From Nemertoderma westbladi (taxonomy: Eukaryota > Animalia > Xenacoelomorpha), in the NCBI GenBank assembly GCA_032718475.1, contig JAUCBJ010007806.1, positions 1 through 64,000 of the forward strand: a stretch of DNA of 64,000 nt. The letters are read 5' to 3'. The position numbers were made by a program, and so were the translations under genes. The notes beneath the pieces were generated by a model, which was not told where the DNA came from, did no database searches, and saw nothing but the letters and a program-made list of their open reading frames with translations. Below, piece by piece: positions 1 through 12,994 of this stretch (positions are counted from its first letter, which is position 1; the number at the start of each line of letters is the position of its first letter).

Positions 1-2653
1 ACCCCACTGACTCTCCGTTCTCACCTCGGCTACCGACGGCTCGCTGTCCGTCCTCGTTCTTCTATCGTTTGCGGCGATACTTCTACTACTCTCTTCCTCT
101 CTTCTCCTATCAGTGGAATATTCCCGCTCACGAGATCTCTCGTCGACCTCCCGGTTAAACCCCACTGTTCTTCTTTCCTCCTCTGATCGGGCTCGACGCT
201 CCGTCTGCCCTCCCGCGACGTCAACCTGTCTTTCTCTGGTCGATCGCACGTCGCCGGGGATACTCGCAATCCCCCTATTACTCTCCGTCGCCGGTTGTTG
301 CGGTTTACCTTGTTCGGCCCTCGCATTGTCCGCTGACGGCTGTGGGACACTCTCTGCCCCCCCCCCTCTCGCCGCTAACTTTCTGTTGTGGGGTGCTCGT
401 AGCCCCCCCCCCCACTCGCTACATCTAAGTTCGCTACCTCTCGCCCCGCTACTATATATCTCTCTAGTCGACACATCAACCCTACCACAGTCGGGTCTAT
501 TCACCCCCGCCTCTCCCTCTGCTATTGCGTGGCCTTCCAGGCCCTCCGCTCCCTGCCTACCAACTACGTGGCCTACCAGGCCCTCTACTCTCTGTCTACT
601 AACTACGTGGCCTACCAGGCCCTCTGCTCCCTGTCTACTAACTACGTGGCCCGACGTGTTTACATTAATAGCACCCATATTGGAAACGGAATTAATTTGC
701 TCATTTGAAACAAAATCATTTGTATTATTCTGCGCGACTACGTTATCTGAATTATTTTGTAAATTCGGGCTAAGATCATTATTTGAATTATTCGAATTAT
801 TCTGTGTAATTGCGTTATTTAAGTTATTTTGTAGGTCCGAATTCGAGTTATTATTTTGATTATTTGAATTATTTTGCGTAACTACATCAATATTAGGATT
901 ATTTTCTACATTAACACTGGGATTGTTCTGATTTAAATTTAAATTACTACCACCAGGCAAAGTATTTCCTGTAATAAAGGTTTGATTAGCGTTATCCCAT
1001 ACGGTACTATTAATATCAACAACGTCTACCGTACCATTATTATTACCCCCCCCCGCCCGTACGGTCGCACCAGTCTCGGGTCTGTCGTGCGGTCCCTGTC
1101 AGTGGAGTATTAACAAATACATCTACGGCCCTCGGCTCCTCAAAAATACTCGAGCCGGCCCCAGTTTCAGACGGCGGTCCCACTCGCACGTATTCCAACT
1201 CGTGCGTCCCTCTAATTATATTTTTCGCATACTCACTCTGCCGTTTCTCTAATTCCTTGCGCTCCTTTTCACTCTTTGCCACTATCCCCTCACGCTCCTG
1301 GGTGTCCTTGATGGCCGAGTCTGCGGCACTCTTAATGCTCTCCCTTCGTCTCGCCCCACGCTCTTTGCGTTCCTTTTCCTTTCTCGCCTCACGCTCCTTG
1401 CGTTCCTTTTCCATTCCCGCCTCACGTTCCTTGCGTTCCGCCTCACGCTCCTTGCGTTCCTTTTCCTCTCTCGCTTCACGCTCCTTGCGTTCCTTTTCCA
1501 TTCTCGCCTCACGCTCCTCGCGTTCCTTTTCCTCTCTCGCTTCACGCTCCCTACACTCCCTTTCCTCTATCTCATCATACTCCCTTAGGCTTTTCAAAGC
1601 CCTTTCGGCCCTTTCTCCGGTTTCTCTAAGCAATACCGTTTCCCTCTCTAACCGCACTCTTCCCTCCTCTAGCCGTTCCTTCATTTCTCTCTGACCTTGC
1701 TCTGCCATGCTGAGACGGTATGCGGCTCCTATTTTTCTCACCGCTCTTTCTTTCGCGGAGGATGTAGCAGACTTATCGGTTACGACGGACTTCCCCCGCC
1801 TTCCCGACCTACTAACTTTCTCCCCCTTTCCGGAGCTTTCTCCGACCGAGGAGGCCGAATCCTCGGTGTTAACCTCGGATTCGCCCTCTTCGGGTCCCTT
1901 CCAACCCACTGGTTTCACTCCCCGGGCATCGACCAAGTATGGCCCTATGTACACTGACGCTACGCTAGGTTCCATACTCCCACACTCCCATAGTTCAAAC
2001 AGTTCGCCTGCTATCCTTTCTGCTCTCTCCCCGGCCAGTTCTCTCTGCCCAAAACGTATTAGGTAATTTAAGTGTTTATCCGACTCACCTAGTCGCTTTC
2101 TCAGTCTCACCTCGTCTACCTTCGCCCCTTCCTTCTTGGCGTCGTTTATCAGCTTCCGGGTCGCGTTGTAGGCCCGTCGAAGTCGCTCAGAAACCCCGAC
2201 GTCCTCGTCGCCGACCTCTCCTCCGTCCCTCCGGGTTCGACGTCGTACCGGCGGCTCCACCGTCGCCGTTCCGGTGGGCCGTCCGTCGCCCTCGGCCTGT
2301 AGCTGGCCGGCGACATCGGTACCGATCTCTCCTCCGTCTCTTCGTGTCCGGCGTCGCACCGTCGGCCCCACCGTCGCCGTTTCGGTGGGCCGCTCGTCGC
2401 CCTCGGCCGGTAGCTGGCCGGCGACATCGGCGCGCCGTTCTCCGTCCCGTGTCGACTCATCTCCCTCTCCCTCCGTCTCGCTCTCTCTCTCTCTTGGCTC
2501 GACTTCGGGTTCCAGGCCCTCCTCGTCCTGTGCTTCCGGTTCGCCCGTTATCGATGGCTCCGGCGTCGTGGGCCTGTATCGTTTGGTCGCGGCCTCGCGG
2601 ATCGTTAGGTCTTCGTCCGGGGTCCGCGTCGGTGTCTCGCCCGATTCACTCAT
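1..2653 (-). CDS. gag-like polyprotein N-terminus, interrupted by a one-base frameshift at a G9 run (1046-1054); 3' end outside window
   Basis: ORF 2653..1043 (536 aa; KERKEREAR repeats, duplicated VRRRTRRDGGE block) ends GGGG*. The +1 frame then reads without a stop (GNNNGTVDVVDINSTVWDNANQ...RTESQWG) to position 1. Confidence 0.6.
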
Positions 2654-2798
2654 CTCGTTTGTGGCTGATGATTCGGCTAGCTAGGTGTAGTTCTCAGAGT
2701 TTAACTGGGGCGGCAGCTCGGATTTAGTTACTGTGACGGGATCCAGGAGGGATCCCGATTTATCCGGTGTGGTATTTAGTCCACGCGTCCCCGCCGTG

Positions 2799-3268
2799 TG
2801 TAAGGGTGAAGTAAAGATAATTGAGTTCTGAAGTTCGGTGTATAATAAGAGGTTATAAGATATAGATATATTGTGAATGTGTACAAGGCGGGATACGGTA
2901 ACTAAAGTCCCGTGATCCCCTAACTAAACTAATTGGCTGTACCCTACGCTAGCACTGCTGCACTGAGATAACTGAATCACTGATTAATAGGTTATTGGTT
3001 ATATTGCACGGTGGCCTTACTGCTACTCAATCGATGCCATTCCCCCCTCTGATTGGTTAATACCCTTGTTGGCGCCCCGTGGAGTATTCCCGTTCACTCC
3101 ACCTGTTCTCTCTGGGTTAGGGGTTTGGCCCCTGACCCTCTGTTGTGTGCTTCCTTCCCACTCTTATTGGGATGGCACGAGTTGGTTAATTGCCCAATCT
3201 CGTGGCTCCCAATATTGCTTATCGGCTAATAACTTTATGGGGTGTTGGCGGGATTGAATAAGCTAACA
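2799..3268 (-). repeat. candidate 5' LTR (~470 bp)
   Basis: Minus-strand termini TGTTAG...CTTACA (imperfect inverted TG..CA), followed by CA+CGGCGGGGACGCGTGG, a degenerate PBS-like segment. The partner LTR is not in the window; the outer boundary could instead be ~3300. Confidence 0.4.
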
Positions 3269-3478
3269 TGAGTGGGTGTGTCTGTGTGTGTGTATAGTCA
3301 TCCAATATCCTAAAAACTCACGTAGGTACGCAAAAATGTTTAAGTCGACCCTCGACCATTTATCAATTAGAATCTAGTTGTTGAATAAACAAGTTGGGAA
3401 CGATTCGATGTGCGATATTCGAAATATTAGCATATTATCAACATTATGTATTTATCATCATGATATCATGATATCATC

Positions 3479-5235
3479 ATGTGCAACAGGCTTACCAACT
3501 GGTTAAAAATACCTTCGAACTTCGAATACCTTCGAAGTTGCCTGATTCATGTGCTAACCGTGAAGCTACTTCTAGATTACTCAAGAACTCATAAAACGCG
3601 TCTTTATATTATTCTTACGGATTTTACAGCTGCTTTCGATCGAATTAGTCGGCGACAACTGTTTGTAAAGCTTGCTTCAATGGGATGTGGAATAGTACTT
3701 TTGTTTGCATTGATCGGTATGTATATGAACTCTAAATTGGTTGTTGAATTTGGCTCAGAATATTCTGAGATCTTCTAAATTATGTGTGGAATAAGACAAG
3801 GTGGCCCATCGAGTCCAATTTTATTTGTAGCCTATACTATTGGCCTAATATCATTATTTAATAACTTGGATCATGATGACTACTTAAACAATATCCATAT
3901 TCTTCTCCACGCCGGCGATTCCACCATCTGGTGCTACAGAAACTCGCTATACTGGAATCGTTTTGTAATCACAATTTCATCACACTTAATCCAACAAAAT
4001 GTTCATTTCTGTGCACAAACGCCAGTAGGGAAGACAAGCAGCCAATACAGCTGAAATGTGGAAGTGTTGAATATTCATCGTGTGAAGTCTACTTGGGGTC
4101 CAGTCTGCACTCCTCTGGTAATCTCAAAGATATGTTTGCCGACGACATCAACCGCAATCAAAAACATTTCGCAAAGTACTTTGCATTCTTCCGAGAAAAT
4201 TGTAATGCTCCGCTTAAAATTAAGGAATTGGTGCTGGATGCTTGTCTTATGCCAGCGCCATATTGTATAACTGCGAAGCATGGGGTAATATAAACCTAAA
4301 TCAGTTAGAAATCAAATACTTAAAACTAAAAAACTAAAAAACTTAAAACTATACTTGGGGTCAAAGCATCAACTCCAAACGAGATGATATATATCGAACT
4401 CAACCGACCAATGCTAAAAGATCTTGTCAAGGCGCGGGCTGCGAAAGCTATTCAACATATTAAATCGAATAACTATTTTTGTGGTTCACCACTACATCAC
4501 GTTATGCAACTAAAGTCCCCTTTCTGTAACTATATTAACGAGTTAACCTCCTTCACATACAAGGACGTTATTGAATCGTCAATGAATTATCTTCGTAATT
4601 CTATCAAGGATAAAGCGGCGCAAGGCCGGTCTAAATATGTAACGTATCTCCAGCTAAACCCCACCCTATCAAGACCTGATGCATACAATTGCATGCACCA
4701 GTCTGCCGATCTCATAAACTATGCACGACTAAGGCTCAGCGCTCATGAACTCGCAGTTGAAAAGGGAAGATATCTCCGCATACCTCGTGAGCTCCGTTTG
4801 TGTTACTGTGGTGAGGTTGAGGATGAGCAACATTTCCTCTGCAAGTGCCCACTTTACGAAAATATTCATAAAGAGTTTACTGGGGAAACGGTTCTCAGCG
4901 CACCTGCACATATTCTTCTAAAAATTAAGAACGCACCAACCTTCGTATCTAAGATGCTTCGCCATCGTAAAACTAACCCTAACACAAAATGTTGATAATT
5001 TAATCATTAGTTTTTGAACTTTTTTGTCAGTTGGCTGTCTAACCCCCGGCCCCCGCTCTACACTTAATGCATCTTTGGATCGTGTTTTTTTTTGTAAGTT
5101 TGTTTTTGCTTTGTATTGTTTTTTACTACTTAGAGCGTTATATTCCTTGGACTAAATTGTTTTATATTTTGTGTAATCGGTAATGTTTGTTTATTTATTT
5201 CTTCCTATGGTCTATAAATACATACATATACATAT
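3479..5235 (+). mobile_element. 5'-truncated, decayed non-LTR retrotransposon (RTE-X-like LINE ORF2: RT plus C-terminal CCHC)
   Basis: Fragments DFTAAFDRISR, MGCG, GIRQGGPSSPILF, HAGDS (degenerate catalytic box), YLGS and RLSAHELAVEKGRYLRIPRELRLCYCGEVEDEQHFLCKCPLY, broken by stops and frameshifts. Homologous to the LINE at 13.2-17.5 kb; T-rich 3' UTR ending in an (ATAC)-like tail. Confidence 0.85.
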
Positions 5236-5847
5236 GGAACGCGAAATTAAATACCCACAACTACACTTTTACAGCTGAACAACATTTCACTACTTATTGT
5301 CAATTGGAGTTACGTACATTAATTATATCGTATTATATTGTTTATCTGGGACGTTTACAACAGCTGTCGATTAAACTAACAAAATCAGAAAACTGAATCA
5401 GGGTGCCAGACGGGTCTCAACTGCTGTTGGGTAGACTTAATGGAAGATTTCACAAACTTTCATAGGAGGCTACTGTAGAACATGTACGTACATTATATTG
5501 GTTGCTCCGATGTTTGCATTAGGCTAACTGAGAATGTATTAGGTATAAATAATTCGTGTTCTTTATTTTATTTATCTAATACAGAAAGACTCCTCCGCAG
5601 AATAAACTACACTTTGGGGCCGTTTCCAAGGTTGTGGATATGGATAACATTTCACACATCGCAGTATATAATTGTGATTATGATTTGTTTGTCTAGGCGA
5701 ATGTTATATTACATTAGATGGGAGACAGTGTTTTGGTTGATGCAACTCATTCTTGGTTTGCATCTTCCAATCACATCTACTTCTTGGAGTCTGTGTAAGA
5801 CAGGTTCGTTTAAAGAATTCCCCGTACTTGTTCCAATTTAAGCCTCA

Positions 5848-6058
5848 TGTGAATTTAGTTCCAATGGAAACGAATTTAGTTCCAATATTGGCGAATTTAG
5901 TTCCAATGGAAACGAATTTAGTTCCAATTTTGGCGAATTTAGGCGAACTTAGTTCCAATAACTAAAGAAAAACGAAAACGAATTTAGTTCCAATGGAAGC
6001 GAATTTAGTTCCAATGGAAGCGAATTTAGTTCCAATGGAAGCGAATTTAGTTCCAATG
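5848..6058 (+). repeat. 21-bp minisatellite (GCGAATTTAGTTCCAATGGAA), ~9 imperfect copies
   Basis: Repeated AATTTAGTTCCAAT core read directly. Confidence 0.9.
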
Positions 6059-6218
6059 TTTCAGGTGTGGGGCGAGCCACGTTGTTTGCGAAGAATCTGG
6101 TTATTGACACTATTAGGTGGGTGGTTAAATAATAATTGTAATTAACTAACCCAAAACGCCCAAGCTCCTAACCAAAACAATCTTATCCCAAACTACGCCG
6201 TTCGTTTTGATATTCTGA

Positions 6219-6401
6219 GATTGGAACTAAGTTCGTGCTACCATTGGAACTAAGTGCGATTGGAACTAAGTTCGTGCTACCGTTGGAACTAAGTGCGATT
6301 GGAACTAAGTTCGGGCTACCATTGGAACTAAGTGCGATTGGAACTAAGTTCGTGCTACCGTTGGAACTAAGTGCGATTGGAACTAAGTTCGTGCTACCGT
6401 T
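6219..6401 (-). repeat. 39-bp minisatellite (TTGGAACTAAGTTCGTGCTACCATTGGAACTAAGTGCGA), ~4.5 copies, inverted relative to 5848-6058
   Basis: Each unit holds two TTGGAACTAA cores, the reverse complement of TTAGTTCCAA. Confidence 0.9.
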
Positions 6402-6589
6402 TAAAGACATCTTGATGGCGTTCTATTACTAACATACAAAAATTAATGCTTTGCTGTTAAAAAGCTTTCTAACCAACCACGCAAATATTACGAGATTGAA
6501 TTAAAGAATTCCGTGGTACATTTTACTTTTGTTATTAAATTTCAATGCTCTGGTTGTGCGATCAAAAGTGGATACCATGGTTAAATTTG

Positions 6590-6845
6590 CGCTGAAATGT
6601 AAACATATTTTATTTAAGGGCCAAAGTAGTCAGTACAGCAGTAGACCCATCACTAATTCAATAAAAATGTTTTAATTTTACATGTTATAACAAAATATAT
6701 TAATCAAAATTCAAAAAATATCTATATAAACAGTAAACACGGATACTAGAAAATATCTTATAGTTGGACGTTTGTTTGCCAAGTTTTATTTTAAATTCTG
6801 GGGCCAAATGTAACTTCCTCTTTGGCATGAATGGCAGGGAAATAT
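6590..6845. repeat. dispersed repeat, copy 1 (probable non-autonomous transposon fragment)
   Basis: Aligns by eye with 8688-8965; both share AAATTCTGGGGCCAAATGTAACTTCCTCTTTGGCATGAATGGCAGGGAAATA. Confidence 0.8.
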
Positions 6846-8687
6846 TATTAACAATTAGAAAGTAGTAGCTTAGTAAAGTAGCTTTCTAGTGCATGTTCAG
6901 ATGGTAAGTGAATATGTGAAGAAATGTGTGGCAGATTGGAGAACTGCATACAGAACAGGTCCAAACCATAACAAAACACCGCAGGAGATAACTGACAAGT
7001 TTCAGAATTCAGCTTAAACTGAGTGTAAATAACAAAGTTGGAGGACGTGGTCACTTTCAGAAATTTAGCCCTCTAGCGGTAGACTGGGGAATGCATACGA
7101 CTCCGTAAAGATACAGCCTACGTCTGTAGTAGATACCTATCAAGTTATAAACCTAAGAGGATTGTAAATAACAATGTTGGATAAGGTGGTCACTTTCAGA
7201 GATTAAATTCATATATCTCTATATAAATCTAGCGGTAGACTGGAGAACTGTAGACTACTCTGCGACTCCGTAAGATGTAACATGCTATGTTAGAGACTTG
7301 TCTGGTTTCAGCCTAAACGGATTGAAAAATAGACTTAAAACAAATAACACCCCCATTAGACGTAATGATAAGAGCGCCAGCTGGTGCTAATGCAAAATGA
7401 ATAAAGATGGCCAAGTAATGCTATTGAAGGGATAGGCCCAAACTGCACAGAAGTATTTTACTTTCCAAGTTTAGAAAGGTTGTGTTTACTCAGTCACTCT
7501 ATCCCAGCCGTATAAATCCTAATTGGAAATTTCATTTCTGATAACCGTCTCCATCAGTTTTACTAGAAGGGACGTCAGTGATATAGGCCGATAGTTACTG
7601 GCAACAGATCGTGAACCTTTGTTTTTATACAATGGGATCACATGGGCAAGCCGCCAATAAGCAGCCGGGACAATACCGAGGTCAAAAGACTGCTGAAATA
7701 TTTTGACAGCGACGAGCTAACCAGGTACAAAGATTGCGTAGAAACACAGCAGGAATTTTATATAATAAAATCAACTTGTACTCTAATACTATTTCTTTCT
7801 TCTTTAAATAAACATTCTCTAGTAAATTTAGATCCATCTGGTTCGACTAGTTTATATCCATTATACATTGAACCCCAAAATAACATCAGTTAGTATCAGT
7901 AATATCAGTAATGATTTCATTGTTATTGAGACTAACACTTACAGATTAAATATCCTCACGACATTTTAACTTCCCCCTACAACTTAACTTAGAAGTAACT
8001 GCAAACCGTTTTTAATCAATATAAAATTATATATAAAAGATATTTAATTTATAAACTCAAACTCTATAATCCAATAATACTTATTATTAACGATATAATA
8101 TTAATTATTAACCAACAATTGACAGCAGAATTTTAATAGCATTGCTGTTTGTTTCGAGGGCCGCCACTCTTTTTGTGAATAATTGTTTCAATTTACGATA
8201 TAACAATAATTATTAATCAATCAATGACAGCATGGCGTGTAAGTTGTATCAGTTAGCCAATTAGTACAACGGGGTGGTTGAGGTACAGGGGTCTTGTCCT
8301 GATGGTAATGAAAATTTGGTGATTTTTGCTTTGCTTTTGTCTTTCGTTGTTATTACTTAATTCTCAATTTACCTGTTTTTATATGATCAACTTCATACGC
8401 TGTATTTTCTTTGGACTAATTAATTATTATGTAAACTAAATTACTTAACATATCATTATTATCTTACGTATTTATTCACAATCTCTATATAATCTACTAA
8501 TAGTCAATAAATACATACATATCCATGGCTGACTTGTAGTAACATATAGAGATGAACTGTTGAATAGACATCTTTTAATAGAGCATATCTTATTACTTAC
8601 TATATTGGGTGAATTCTGTGGTATTTCTGTGATTAAATGTCAATGCTGAGATTGTACGATAAAAAGTGGATGTTATGGATATATTTA

Positions 8688-8965
8688 AGCTGAAATGTGA
8701 AAGCTGCCTTGTGGACAACAGATTTGATTTAAGGGCCGAAGTAGTCAGTACATTAGTATACCCATTATATGTTTCACTAATAAAATAAAAATACTTTATT
8801 TTTAAATGTTATAACAAAATATTTCAACCAAAATACAACAAGTAATATAAACAATAAACACGGAAGCTATAAAATATATTATAGATGAACTTTTGTTTGC
8901 CAAGTTTTATATTAAATTCTGGGGCCAAATGTAACTTCCTCTTTGGCATGAATGGCAGGGAAATA
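8688..8965. repeat. dispersed repeat, copy 2
   Basis: Diverged direct copy of 6590-6845. Confidence 0.8.
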
Positions 8966-9154
8966 GTAACAATATGGTAGATTCATGTTGAGTCCCCGAT
9001 AGGAGAAAATCCCTAATATTCTACGACTTCGGCGATTTGAAAGAAATAATGAGAGAGGAAATATGTTACAAAATAATAATTTTATAATAAAAAAGATACC
9101 AAATATAATAAAAAATAAGGATAGTAATATTTACTGACAGTTGTTACCCGTTAT

Positions 9155-9420
9155 TAACAGTTATCCAATCTTTGCAGAGGCTATCCAACGCAACAGTTTT
9201 CCAAATTTTGCACAGGCTATCCAACAGTTATCCAATCTTTGCACAGGCTATCCAACAGTTATCCAATTTTTGCACAGGCTATCCAACAGTTATCCAATTT
9301 TTGCACAGGCTATCCAACAGTTATCCAATTTTTGCACAGGCTATCCAACAGTTATCCAATTTTTGCACAGGCTATCCAACAGTTATCCAATTTTTGCAGA
9401 GGCTATCCAACAATTATCGA
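9155..9420 (+). repeat. 31-bp minisatellite (TGCACAGGCTATCCAACAGTTATCCAATTTT), ~8 copies
   Basis: Period 31 read directly. Confidence 0.95.
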
Positions 9421-9699
9421 AAATGTATTTAAAAAGGCAAAGGTCTCACGGCTGTCTGGGATTTCAATTTTACATTTATTAAGAGTAGGTCTCCTTGAAA
9501 TAATTTCATAGTTGTACCAGTACCATATACTATGGCTAAACTGAGATCAGGATAGCATCCTTTGTTATAGTATTGTCTTTATGGGCTCACCGATTTTTAA
9601 TTAATTAGGCCTAATTAATCCTCATAATTTAAGAAATTAATCCCGCCTTGCAGTAGTTAGTGGCATTGTTCTTTCGAAGCTCTACAGTTCACTGAGCGA

Positions 9700-12530
9700 C
9701 TGGACTGGACCTTCTCTCTATTGGCTCATCTACTAGGATCGGCATGCTGCATTGCAGCTGCATTATTAAGAATGCTGTGCCGGCTTGTCGACAAAATTGC
9801 GCCGCCACAACTCCCTATCACCCATGACATTTGCTAGATCATCCGCATCTTCAAGGCCAGTGTCATTTAAGATGCGTCTCAAGAAAGTCATGGGCTGTCC
9901 ACCATGCTTATTCACTCCATGAGGCTGCCAAAGTACAAGATTATGCACTGGCTGGTCCTCACGGCGAAAGCAATGCCCTACAAAGCGGAGGCGATTTTGT
10001 TCTAGTGTCAAGCTTGGGAGAACCAATGAGACACCTCCAATGTTATATAGTGTCTGGTTGGAGATGTGTGCATTGTACTTGACACAATGAACCCGGCGTA
10101 GCATTCTTGTGAATGTGCCATCCAGAGATTTGGTGTCCTCAGCACTTAGAGACCAGCATGGACTCACATAGAGGAGTACTGGAACTACTGCTGCTCTAAA
10201 TAATCGGACCTTAAGTTTCTGATTAATTCTCGGTGACTTCCAAATGCTGGAAAGCCTATTCAAGGCTGGCCATGCCTTTCCCTTACGTATTCGAAGGTCC
10301 TCACCTGACTTCCGGATCCATGATCCCAGGTAACAGAAGTCGTCCACATGCTCAAGCATACCATCTTTTGAGCTTATGCTCATCCGATCAGAGACTTGCT
10401 GAGGACTTTCAAAGTTAACTGTCAAAATTTTGGTCTTTCTGGAGTTAATAAAAAGACCAACACTAGAAGCGGAATGTTCTAATGAGCCGAGGAGCCGTTG
10501 GGCTCCTTCTAGTGATTCTGAGAGTAATTCCTAAGTCATCAGCAAAGTGCTGGAGCCAGTAGTTGGAGTTATTATCACCCCATTATCATTATGATGATCT
10601 AAGGACATGAGTAGAACATAGTCAATCACAATTATGAAGAAGAATGGTGCAAGTGTGTCTCCCTGGAGGACGCCCGATAACATTTCAAATGGTTCTGTGT
10701 CACCGTCAACAGTAGACACAAATGTTGTCGAACCATCGTATACTGATCTGATTGCTGCAATAATTTCATCAGGAATCCCATATAATGAAAGTATGCTGAA
10801 CATACGTGAGCAAGAGACTGAATCAAAGGCCTTGAAGAAGGTATACAGGAACTGTTTCTGCAGCTGCTAACTTACTGCTTCTGTGAAAGCAGTATAGCCC
10901 TCACAATGATCTGCTGCCTCAGAGGCAAGAACCTCATACCTGTTGCTCAGCTATAGTGTGAAGCCGGATCTCACACTTGACTGTTGCAACAGAGAGGACC
11001 AGTCATGCCGCGGCAAGGCAGATTTCGTTGTTCTGCTAGCACGCAGACTAAGTCTTACCTTGGCCACAATAAGGCGGTGATCACTGGAAAATGGTCAAAG
11101 TGTAAATGCATTACTGTCTTGTATAGAGCTCCTGTATTTCCTACGAAACAGAATATGGTCTATCTGGGACTTGTGACCACTGCGTCCACTATGAGTCCAT
11201 AGCTTTCCAGTTCGCTTCTTGAACTGGGTTCCAGCCGAAAACAATCCATTTCCAGAGATAAAATCCTGAAGATGGACGTAATTTCGGTTAACACTATTGC
11301 TATAGACCCAGGGGGATGTAGGTGATTGATGCAGACTTGCACTAAAGTCTCCCAGGATTGTTAAGAATGCATGCTGATCCACTCCATCAGTAGCTGCTTG
11401 TAGATTGTGGTAGAAATTTTCCACCTCCTCTACAGGGGCAACACTAGTTGGAGAGTGGCACACAATCAGAACCACCTTAGGAAACTTCTTAGCCAGTCTT
11501 CCAGAACAGGAGAAGTGGCAACGGATGATGCGGTTAGAGATTTGGTCTATTTTGTCCAATGCTGCATGTGCAGTTGGATTCGTCAATAGACCAATTCCAC
11601 CATTGCCACTATCATCTGATGACGCGAGGGCGAGTCGCCAACCGCCTCCCATGTCCTTAATCAAAACCTCATCACCCACTGCGCTAAGAGAAAGCTTATC
11701 TGCCAAGGCAGTCAGCTCACCTTGTCGCATTGGGGACCCGAGTGTTAGGGTGTTTACTGAGGCTAGTCTAGTGACTTGCCTCAGATTCACCAATGGCTTT
11801 GTTGGTCGGGGTGGAACATGAGAGTAGCCTCCAACTCCAGAATCCCTCTCCCCCTCACAATCTGGCCTCCCTGGTGACCCAGGGTTTGGGCCAGAATGGT
11901 CATCAGGAAAGGGACTCAAAGAATTGTTGCCTCTCTCTCCAGTAGGGGGTGAGACAGGCAGCCGGTCAGGAGATAACTGACGCCTGTGAGGCCGATTGTG
12001 TCCGGTAATTCCACTGGCCTCTAGTGGCTGGACCTCCGCATTACTAATGTAATCCATAGTGGGGGTTGGGGAGTGCTTTTTTTCCGAGTCAGCTCTCGGG
12101 GCAAATACCACACCCTGGTTTGCCATTCCACAGGGTGGGTGTCGCAGTGGAGTCAGATATGAGGCCCATCACCCATATCTACTCTGGCGCACATGACCCA
12201 CCATTGGCTGTGCAGCTCATCTGCTGGGTCATGCCCTGTACCCCTGCTGCCAGGTGCAGGTCGCAGTGAAGTGCACTCAGAGTGGACATGAGAACACTCT
12301 ACTCCTGACCAGCCATTGGTAGATCACCATCTGCCTGGCCAGGCCATATACCCCTGCAGCCAAGTATATGGGTCCTTAATCCAGGACCAAGGGCGTCCTT
12401 ATCCCAGAACGAAGGGGGTCCTAGTTACAGGACCAGATTTGCCCTAGTAAGAGGGTCTATGCAGCTACAGGTGGCACCTCCTTTATGCTGCATGGAGGTG
12501 GCAAGTTTTCTTGATCAATGACCTAGAATA
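9700..12530 (-). mobile_element. RTE-clade LINE, internally deleted and frameshifted (APE endonuclease plus RT)
   Basis: APE motifs GGIGLL, CHSPT, ILGDF and SQIDHIL. RT motifs KAFDSV, YGIP, GVLQGDTLAPFFF, FADDL and FCYLGS, and an RTE-type C-terminus (RLRFVGHCFR...DRELWR). Short 3' UTR ends in (GTCCA)-like repeats; 5' UTR contains internal repeats. Confidence 0.92.
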
Positions 12531-12566
12531 CCTGACCTGACCTGACCTGACCTGACCTGACCTGAC
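12531..12566. repeat. (CCTGA)7 microsatellite at the RTE 5' junction
   Basis: Read directly. Confidence 0.9.
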
Positions 12567-12994
12567 TTGGCTCTTCTAGTCATCCCCAATAATACACCGA
12601 TTGTCATCGCAAATAACAAACATGTCCATTGTTGTACCACAGTGACTGGGATGAGGTAGGCCTATGGAGAGGGGACGACGGACATCGGTATGTCGGGAAA
12701 CATTGACGGAGGATGGGGACGAACAAACGACTTTCATCACTCAATACTTTCGATATACGCCAATGTTCTTCGTTACACAGGCAACAATGTTAGGAAGCGC
12801 CAACAGGCACGCATTTGATTCTACGTCGTCAGAAGGAAATCCGAAGACAAGACGGAAACCATTCCAGGGTTCGGTTCCGGTATAATCGGTCAGCCCATAA
12901 ATACAATACTGGTACTATAACAAAGGCTGCATATCCTGATATCAGTACGTGGTACCGTTTCAAAACCTTTTTTCGCCATTTTAAATTCATATTC

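Larger units (their letters stand above)
1..3268 (-). mobile_element. 5' part of an LTR retrotransposon (probably Ty3/Gypsy): candidate LTR, leader and long low-complexity gag-like ORF running off the window start
   Basis: GC-rich block with a long minus-strand ORF (E/R/K coiled-coil repeats, Asn-rich tract) downstream of an LTR-like segment. No pol domains lie in the window, so the superfamily is inferred. Confidence 0.6.

Noticed and set aside
113-2727. Plus-strand ORFs over the gag-like region
   Set aside because: Antisense shadows of a GC-rich low-complexity ORF.
7030-7285. Local diverged duplication (GTGGTCACTTTCAGA...CTAGCGGTAGACTGG) as tRNA or SINE
   Set aside because: No cloverleaf or clear A/B boxes could be built; left as an unclassified old repeat.
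9155-9420. 31-bp minisatellite as ancestor of the 45-bp satellite
   Set aside because: Only short shared words (GGA(A)TAGCC, AACTGT); not alignable over the unit.
5187-9511. Short ORFs of 60-120 aa in AT-rich or minisatellite sequence
   Set aside because: No recognisable domains or splice context; several are translations of tandem repeats.
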